30,903 bases of DNA from Candidatus Parcubacteria bacterium (GTDB lineage Bacteria; Patescibacteriota; Minisyncoccia; Minisyncoccales; JAUWXI01), in the NCBI GenBank assembly GCA_030616435.1, contig JAUWXI010000001.1:1-30903 (forward strand). The letters are read 5' to 3'. Shown piece by piece: positions 25,282 to 30,903 of this stretch. Every line of letters starts with the position of its first letter. Within the stretch, counting starts at the first letter, position 1. The position numbers were made by a program, and so were the translations under genes. A model generated the notes under the pieces. That model saw nothing but the letters and a program-made list of their open reading frames with translations, was not told the origin of the DNA and searched no databases.

Positions 25282-25290
25282 ATTCTATCA
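25282..25290 (-). promoter_or_regulatory. Possible extended -10 promoter for the GT2 gene
   Basis: TGA-TAGAAT (TGn plus -10; the TGA is the map stop), 8 nt, ATG. No convincing -35. Confidence 0.4.
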
Positions 25291-26034
25291 TAATTTTAAA
25301 CCAGTTAAAACCTGGTAACCTTCTTTTGTAATAGCTATAGTGTGTTCAAAATGGGCTGTGAGAGAACCATCTTTTGTTTCAAAAGCCCTGTCTGTTTCTT
25401 TAATCCGCCAATCCCCGGTTGTAACCATAGGTTCAATACAAAAGGTCATGCCTTCTTTGATTTTAGCTCCTGTTCCTTTTTTTCCATAATTTAAAATCTG
25501 GGGGTCCTCATGTAAATCCCTTCCAATACCATGACCTGTGAGTTCTCTGATAACATTAAATCCTTCCCCTTTCACATATCTTTGAATAGCATAAGAAATG
25601 TCCCCAAAAGTGTTTCCAGGTTTTGCCTTTTCTATCCCTCTTTTTAAAGCTTCTTTTGTTATCTCAATTAATTTCTGAGCTTCCTTTGAAATTTTTCCCA
25701 CAGGTAGGGTAAAAGCCATGTCAACATGAAACCCTCTGTAAGAAATCCCCAGATCTAAAGAGATAATATCCCCTGTTTTTAAAATCCTTTCTGAAGGAAT
25801 TCCATGGACAATTTGCTCATTAATTGAAGTGCAAAGAGCTGCCGGAAAGCCTTCATAACCTTTAAACGAGGCTTTAACTCCATATTTCAAAATGAGACCT
25901 TTGGCGGTCTCGTTTAATTTACTTGTCTTGATCCCTACTCCAACCTCCTCTTTCAATTTCTCCATGATCTTTGCTAAAATCTTTCCCCCCTGAGTCATTA
26001 TTTCAATCTCTTCTTTTGTCTTAACTGTGATCAT
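25288..26034 (-). CDS. map: Methionine aminopeptidase type I (true start ATG 26034)
   Basis: CTSINEQIVHGIP, SLDLG, DMAFT, GHGIGRDLHEDP, IEPM, AHFEHT. Confidence 0.97.
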   Translation of the reverse strand: MITVKTKEEIEIMTQGGKILAKIMEKLKEEVGVGIKTSKLNETAKGLILKYGVKASFKGYEGFPAALCTSINEQIVHGIPSERILKTGDIISLDLGISYRGFHVDMAFTLPVGKISKEAQKLIEITKEALKRGIEKAKPGNTFGDISYAIQRYVKGEGFNVIRELTGHGIGRDLHEDPQILNYGKKGTGAKIKEGMTFCIEPMVTTGDWRIKETDRAFETKDGSLTAHFEHTIAITKEGYQVLTGLKL

Positions 26035-27217
26035 ATTTTTCGAGAGCTTCAAGCCCTGGTAACTTTTGGCCAGAGAGAAATTCAAGAAGGGCTCCACCGC
26101 CCGTAGAAACAAAATCAAATTTCTCCCTTAGGCCAAATTTCTTTAAGGCAAAATTTGTCTCCCCTCCTCCGACTACTCTAAAAGCTTGAGAATTTCTCGA
26201 GATAGCATCGGCAATAAATCTGGTCCCTTCTGCAAACTGATCTTGCTCAATATATCCCAAAGGACCTGCCCAAACAATTGTTCTGGCTGTTTTAATCATC
26301 TCAGCAAAAATATTCCTTGTTTCTTCTCCAATATCCAAAATTCTTTCTTCTTTTCTAAGTTCTCCCAAAGGAGCTTGTCTCAGATAATCCTCTGTGGTAT
26401 TCAAGGAGGCAACAACATCTATTGGTAAGTGTAATTTTGGATTTGTAAGTTCAATTTCTTTGGCTATCTCTACTATTCTTGCAGAAGGTAAAACTCCCCT
26501 CAAAGAAATTCCTTTAGCCTTTAAAAGAGCTTCTGATAAAATTGTACCCAAAAGCAACAGATCAGCTTTCTTTAAAAAAGAAGGAACTGTCTTAATCTTT
26601 GAAGTAACTTTTGTCCCTCCAAGAATTACCAAAAAAGGCCTCTTAGGTTTTTTGAGAATTTTTGAAAGAACATTAATTTCTTCTTCTAAAAGCAAACCTG
26701 CTCCAGAAGGTAAATATTTGGGAACCTCAACAACCGAAGCATGAAATCTGTGGCAGACTGAAAGGGCATCGTTCAAAAAAAAATCTCCCAATCTTGAAAG
26801 GGCCTTTCCAAAAGATGGATCTCCTTGCTTTTCTTCTTTGTGAAACCTTAAATTTTCCAAAAGAACAATCTCCCCTCTTTTCATCCTATTTATCTTTCTT
26901 TCTATCCCCAAACCTACACAGTCTTTTAAAAAATTAATTTTTTGTCCAATAAGTTCTTGGAGTTTTAAGGCTGTCTTTTTTAAACTATACTTTGGAGTTT
27001 TTGTAGGTTCTCCTCCTAAATGACTTATTAAAATAGTTTTTGCTTTTTTCTTTTGTAAATATTTTATTGTGGGAATAGTTTTTTGAATTCTAAAATCATC
27101 CAAAATATCTCCTTTTTCATTCAAAGGAACATTGAAATCTACTCTCACCAAAACTCTTTTCTCTTTCAAATCAAATTCTTTTAAAGTTTTTATCTTTTTC
27201 ACTTTGTGAAAAGGCAA
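26021..27217 (-). CDS. pgk: Phosphoglycerate kinase, divergent (start uncertain, TTG 27217)
   Basis: RVDFNVP, LLENLRF, HRFHAS, ILGGTKV, LDIG, STGGGA.LEFL.G..LPG. Several canonical residues are changed (see findings). Confidence 0.9.
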   Translation of the reverse strand: MPFHKVKKIKTLKEFDLKEKRVLVRVDFNVPLNEKGDILDDFRIQKTIPTIKYLQKKKAKTILISHLGGEPTKTPKYSLKKTALKLQELIGQKINFLKDCVGLGIERKINRMKRGEIVLLENLRFHKEEKQGDPSFGKALSRLGDFFLNDALSVCHRFHASVVEVPKYLPSGAGLLLEEEINVLSKILKKPKRPFLVILGGTKVTSKIKTVPSFLKKADLLLLGTILSEALLKAKGISLRGVLPSARIVEIAKEIELTNPKLHLPIDVVASLNTTEDYLRQAPLGELRKEERILDIGEETRNIFAEMIKTARTIVWAGPLGYIEQDQFAEGTRFIADAISRNSQAFRVVGGGETNFALKKFGLREKFDFVSTGGGALLEFLSGQKLPGLEALEKYDHS

Positions 27218-28777
27218 TTACTTTTCTTCTTTTGCCTTTTTAAGAGCCTCTCTCAGTTTTTTCAAATCAGGCTTCTTTTTAGCTTTTTTAGGTTTAATAA
27301 AAGGAGTGGGTTCTTTCTTTATAGCCTCTCCTAAAGAAATTACTTGCTCTTTGACTTTTTCCCCTTTCTTTCCAACTTTTTTCAGACAAGATTTACAAAA
27401 AACTGGCCTTCCAGGCTCAGGCTTAAAAGGAACCTTAATTGCTTTTTTGCATACAGAACAAACAGCATCATATAAAACAGAAGTTTCCTGCGGAGAAACA
27501 GCCTCCAAAAAACCTGCCCATTTTTCAATTTTTCCCTCAATAACTGCTTTTTCTTTCCCAAACCTTTCTTGAGAAACCCTTATTATCTTTTCTTGGTAGG
27601 ATTCCTCCGGCTTTTTAAAGGGAGCTAAGGTGATAGCGGAAAATGGTCTGCCTGCTATCCCGTCTATCATCAACTTTAAATAGACATCATATTTTCCCAG
27701 ATTGACCAGGTCCTGAGCTGAAAATTCGGGAACAAATTCTTTCTCTAAATATTCAGCATCCTCTGCCCCTACTCTAAAAGAAAGCAAGGTTCCTATATTA
27801 CCAAAGACGGCCTCTCTGACTTTTTCATCAAGCTGAGCAATGTACTGATGAGCTAAAATTAAAGCTAATTTATACTTTCTTGCCTCAGATAAAATATTAA
27901 CAAAGGATTCTGTGGCAAAGTTTTGAAACTCATCTACATAAAGAAAGAAATCTTTCCTTTTAGATTCCGGCATATCAACCCTTGACATTGCAGCTAATTG
28001 CAGTTTTGCCAATAAGAGTCCGCCCAATAAAGTCATATTGTCTTCCCCGATTCTTCCCTTGGATAAATTGCAAATTAAAATCCCTCCCTTATCCATTATC
28101 TCCCTCACATTTATTGTTGATTTTACCTGGCCTACTATATTTCGAATAAGGGGGGCGGAAATGAACTGACCTACCTTGTTTTGAATAGCAGCTGTAGCCT
28201 CAACCTCGTATCTCTGGGTATAGCGGCCAAACTCGTTGACCCAAAATGACTTTACCATAGGATCTGTAATTCTCTCCACAACCCTTTTTCTGTATTCAGA
28301 ATCAGCCAACATCCGGTTTATTCCAAGCAAGGTTGTGTTCTGGTATTCCAAAAGGGCCAAAATGGTGTTGTTCAAAATATATTCCATACGGGCTGACCAG
28401 ACATCTGGCCAAATCTTTTTGAAAACTCCCATAAGACCTGAAGCTATCAAATGACGCGACTCTTTTGCCACCCCCTCCATGGGATTAAAGCCAATTGGAT
28501 ATTCCAGGTCAGCAGGATTAAAATAGACAACATCATTTATCCTCTCAGAAGGAACAAAATCTAATAATCTTTCTGCAGCTTCTCCGTGGGGATCAATAAA
28601 CCCCACTCCTCTCCCCTCTCTTATATCCTGGATAGCCATGTTTTCTAAAAGAACGGTTTTTCCCATTCCGGTCTTTCCAACAATATAAACATGACGCCTT
28701 CTGTCGTCTAATTTAATGCCAAATTTTTTCCTTAAATCCCTGAAAGTGGTCTCAGCAAAAAAATTAATGTGATTCAT
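27218..28777 (-). CDS. VirD4/TraD/HerA-family P-loop ATPase with a C-terminal CxxC-x17-CxxC zinc ribbon and Lys-rich tail
   Basis: HVYIVGKTGMGKT (Walker A), FIDPHG, LYVDEFQNF (Walker B), ARKYKLALILAHQY, CSVC...CKSC. Confidence 0.88.
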   Translation of the reverse strand: MNHINFFAETTFRDLRKKFGIKLDDRRRHVYIVGKTGMGKTVLLENMAIQDIREGRGVGFIDPHGEAAERLLDFVPSERINDVVYFNPADLEYPIGFNPMEGVAKESRHLIASGLMGVFKKIWPDVWSARMEYILNNTILALLEYQNTTLLGINRMLADSEYRKRVVERITDPMVKSFWVNEFGRYTQRYEVEATAAIQNKVGQFISAPLIRNIVGQVKSTINVREIMDKGGILICNLSKGRIGEDNMTLLGGLLLAKLQLAAMSRVDMPESKRKDFFLYVDEFQNFATESFVNILSEARKYKLALILAHQYIAQLDEKVREAVFGNIGTLLSFRVGAEDAEYLEKEFVPEFSAQDLVNLGKYDVYLKLMIDGIAGRPFSAITLAPFKKPEESYQEKIIRVSQERFGKEKAVIEGKIEKWAGFLEAVSPQETSVLYDAVCSVCKKAIKVPFKPEPGRPVFCKSCLKKVGKKGEKVKEQVISLGEAIKKEPTPFIKPKKAKKKPDLKKLREALKKAKEEK

Positions 28778-28794
28778 ATAATTAATTAAGTTGA

Positions 28795-30084
28795 TTACTC
28801 AATGGGTAATTCTGGTGGGGGTTCTCCTTTTTTTGCTTCTATTCTTTCCATGGTGGGGGCTGGAGCCACAAGCCTGCTTGGAAAGTGAAACAAAGAAGCC
28901 ATCTCTTCAATATTTAAAATAGAGGTTCCACCCTTGATGTTCCAGTAATCACTTGTGACAGGAGCTTCTGGCAGGAAAATTGGAGGAAGTCTTAATCTAT
29001 AAAGCCAGAAAATCTTTCTCTTTCTAGCATAAACCCTGGGTCCCTTGAGAACCTGAACTTTTGTTTTCGTCCTTTCTATACTTTTAAATCTATTAAGGTT
29101 TAGGGTTAAAAAGGAATTAAAAAAACCCATTGGCATTGAAGCATTGGGAACAAAATAGGCATCTCCTTTGCCCAAATAAAGCACCTTGATTGCTGTCTGA
29201 AAGTAGGATTTTGAAATCTTTTTCTCTATTGCTTCTACAATCTCTCTTTCACCCGGCGTCAACCTCATTTCAGGAGGAATGAGTTCTCTCTTTTCTTCAA
29301 CTTCCTTTGGAGGACCCTTAACCAAAATTTCTCCTGCCTCGAGAACGATAGGTTTTAATTTTGGTTTTTCTGGTCTTTTCACTAATTTATCAACAAGCTT
29401 TCTTCCCATTTCTCCTAAATCTATCTCATCAGCAGTAATGGGTCTTATCAAAAATTGAATCCACATTTGTTCTCCTTTTTTCAATTTTCCCATTCCCTCG
29501 AGTAAATTGGCCACAGGATCTACAACTTTTTCCTCTTTTTCTCTTGGAGGCACAAATTCTTTATAGGTTTTTATAGGATAGGAATCATCCTTTTTCAATA
29601 CCATGTCTCTACCCCACAAATCCCAATCTCCATTTGGAATGTCCTGGGGAACCTTTTTTGTGTAATCTTCAGCTTCAAAGATCTCAGCATCAGGATACTG
29701 AGAATAAATGCTTGATTCAACAAGGTTCTGATATTTTTTAGGGCTTCTAATAAAAAAATGGGGAACACCATCAATACTTACTATCTCCAAGGAAAGCCAG
29801 AGATTAATTTCCCCATCGATCCAGGTTTCTCTTGTGTTTGGCCCTCCATAAATTGCATGGAGACCTGAAAGTACCTGTTCCATGGCCTGAGGAGTTTTCA
29901 CCTGCTCAGCCGGTACCTTTATTTCAAGTAGAACCTGCTCTGTGCCTTTATAAAAAAGGGTTCTTTTCCACCAAAGCCAAAAATACAAAAATAGCCTTAT
30001 CAAAAGAAAAGGCAAGAGAACCCACCACCAGTTTTCCAAGATTTCAAAAAGAGAGGAAATTACTAAGAAAAATTCCTTTGTCAT
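28795..30084 (-). CDS. Membrane-anchored hypothetical protein, probable partner of the downstream ATPase
   Basis: N-terminal hydrophobic Trp-rich segment (WWWVLLPFLLIRLFLYFWLWW), then LLEIKVP...SLEIVS...YSQYPDAEI...YPIKTY...LNIEEMASLFHFP, as recalled from CPR proteins neighbouring or fused to such ATPases. Confidence 0.7.
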   Translation of the reverse strand: MTKEFFLVISSLFEILENWWWVLLPFLLIRLFLYFWLWWKRTLFYKGTEQVLLEIKVPAEQVKTPQAMEQVLSGLHAIYGGPNTRETWIDGEINLWLSLEIVSIDGVPHFFIRSPKKYQNLVESSIYSQYPDAEIFEAEDYTKKVPQDIPNGDWDLWGRDMVLKKDDSYPIKTYKEFVPPREKEEKVVDPVANLLEGMGKLKKGEQMWIQFLIRPITADEIDLGEMGRKLVDKLVKRPEKPKLKPIVLEAGEILVKGPPKEVEEKRELIPPEMRLTPGEREIVEAIEKKISKSYFQTAIKVLYLGKGDAYFVPNASMPMGFFNSFLTLNLNRFKSIERTKTKVQVLKGPRVYARKRKIFWLYRLRLPPIFLPEAPVTSDYWNIKGGTSILNIEEMASLFHFPSRLVAPAPTMERIEAKKGEPPPELPIE

Positions 30085-30903
30085 TAAACTATTCTATACT
30101 TTCCGTCTTTTCCTTTGGAAAAATACTTTTTCAGATTCATTAAAACAGTGTTCCTTTCAACGAACCTTTTCTTTAAAACTTCTTCAATAATTTTATCTTC
30201 TTCTATGGCTCCTTTTTCTTTTAAAATTCGAAAAATAACATCTTTTACCACTCCGGGCTCATAGCCCCATTCTCCTAAAGCATAGAGACCTCTTCCCACA
30301 AGAATAAACCTGTTGTCCTTTATTAACTCATTGTGAACAGTCTGGGGAAGAGCTTCTCTTTTCTTTTCAAAATCCAAATTATTGATTTGGGTAGCTACTT
30401 CTCTAAAATGTAAGGGTTCGCCTTTCTGTTTTAGAGCGATGTAGGCCTTATCCCTTATCCCTCTTGGATTAATCTCCCCCCACTCTCTTAAACCAAAGGC
30501 TCCCTGGGGGCCCTGTTCTATCCTCTTTGAGACCTCAATGTAAGAAAGTAAAGGTTCTTTTGAAAGAGGGGTTTTGAGAGAATCTTTAATTTCCCTTTCA
30601 TAAATTTCAAAAATATTCTCAAAAATCAGAGGAGAGCCTATCTTTTTAAATTCTTGCTCAATCCCCTCTATAACCTTAGTTGCTAAACCTAAAGATTCTT
30701 CATTTATTGTCCAAAGAGAATGGAGGTCAATATTTTCAGAAAATCTCTCAAAGTCCTCTCCCAAACTTAATAAAAAGTAAACATTGTTTTGAAAAATTCT
30801 TTCTCCTAAGTCATTTAAACACCTTTTTTCCTCTTTCAGGTCTCCTCTTTTTTTAAGATAATCAGCAAAATACTCCAGCGCTTCCCTGTAATTTTTCAAG
30901 TGC
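30084..30903 (-). CDS. Winged-helix DNA-binding protein with a HARE-HTH (RNAP delta-like) domain; 5' end lies beyond the window
   Basis: Frame is open to the window edge (CAC TTG AAA...). C-terminal AYIALKQKGEPLHFREVA...TVHNELIKDNRFILVGRGLYAL, followed by a second wHTH-like repeat. Confidence 0.65.
   Translation of the reverse strand, partial: HLKNYREALEYFADYLKKRGDLKEEKRCLNDLGERIFQNNVYFLLSLGEDFERFSENIDLHSLWTINEESLGLATKVIEGIEQEFKKIGSPLIFENIFEIYEREIKDSLKTPLSKEPLLSYIEVSKRIEQGPQGAFGLREWGEINPRGIRDKAYIALKQKGEPLHFREVATQINNLDFEKKREALPQTVHNELIKDNRFILVGRGLYALGEWGYEPGVVKDVIFRILKEKGAIEEDKIIEEVLKKRFVERNTVLMNLKKYFSKGKDGKYRIV

Noticed and set aside
15591-26118. N-terminal extensions in the ORF track for rpsI, rpoA, rpsD and map (also the HEPN-like gene at 5469-5480)
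   Set aside because: They start at upstream alternative codons inside the preceding gene. In-frame ATGs at 15590, 17200, 17828, 26034 and 5468 match family N-termini or the coupling pattern.
1544-30143. Many short plus-strand ORFs (60-140 aa) antisense to housekeeping genes
   Set aside because: All lie inside well-supported minus-strand genes and are Phe/Ser/Leu/Ile-rich, as expected from the reverse complement of A-rich coding DNA.
19049-30903. Prophage or integrative conjugative element suggested by the baseplate-like and VirD4-like genes
   Set aside because: Both are interleaved and coupled with core genes (alaS, infA, pgk), with no integrase, relaxase, structural cluster, att repeats or visible compositional shift.
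1-30903. Alternative genetic code 25 (TGA = Gly) as in Gracilibacteria/Absconditabacteria
   Set aside because: TGA ends gatA, infA, rplQ, map and alaS at or near expected C-termini, and the long ORFs have no in-frame TGA.

Overview
AT-rich bacterial chromosomal segment of mostly housekeeping genes, nearly all on the minus strand and packed almost without spacers. TGA serves as a stop (gatA, infA), so the code is standard table 11. Gene content and style suggest Patescibacteria/CPR, probably Parcubacteria-like (inference): shortened PheT and AlaRS, a PEGA membrane protein, a baseplate-J-like membrane protein, a YkuK RNase H-like protein and a VirD4-like ATPase pair. In coordinate order: gyrB (partial), pheT, pheS, a plus-strand three-tRNA operon, a HEPN-like membrane protein, gatA, gatC, mreB, rseP, frr, holB, a second mreB, murA, a PEGA protein (+), a Cas4-like nuclease, rpsI, rplM, rplQ, rpoA, rpsD, rpsK, rpsM, rpmJ, infA, a baseplate-J-like protein, alaS, ykuK-like, tpiA, galT-like, a GT2, map, pgk, a VirD4-like ATPase, its membrane partner and a winged-helix protein (partial). 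The standout, absent from the ORF track, is a 257-nt group I intron (4459-4715) at anticodon position 36/37 of an initiator-like tRNA-Met(CAU), the first of three abutting CCA-less tRNAs. Other signals: MurA with Asp at the fosfomycin-target Cys, repeated sigma70 promoters giving leaderless or near-leaderless mRNAs, a solo Cas4-like nuclease coupled to the ribosomal protein operon, a degenerate PGK, and a structured intergenic element upstream of alaS. All motif calls and RNA folds were made by eye; no search or folding program was run.
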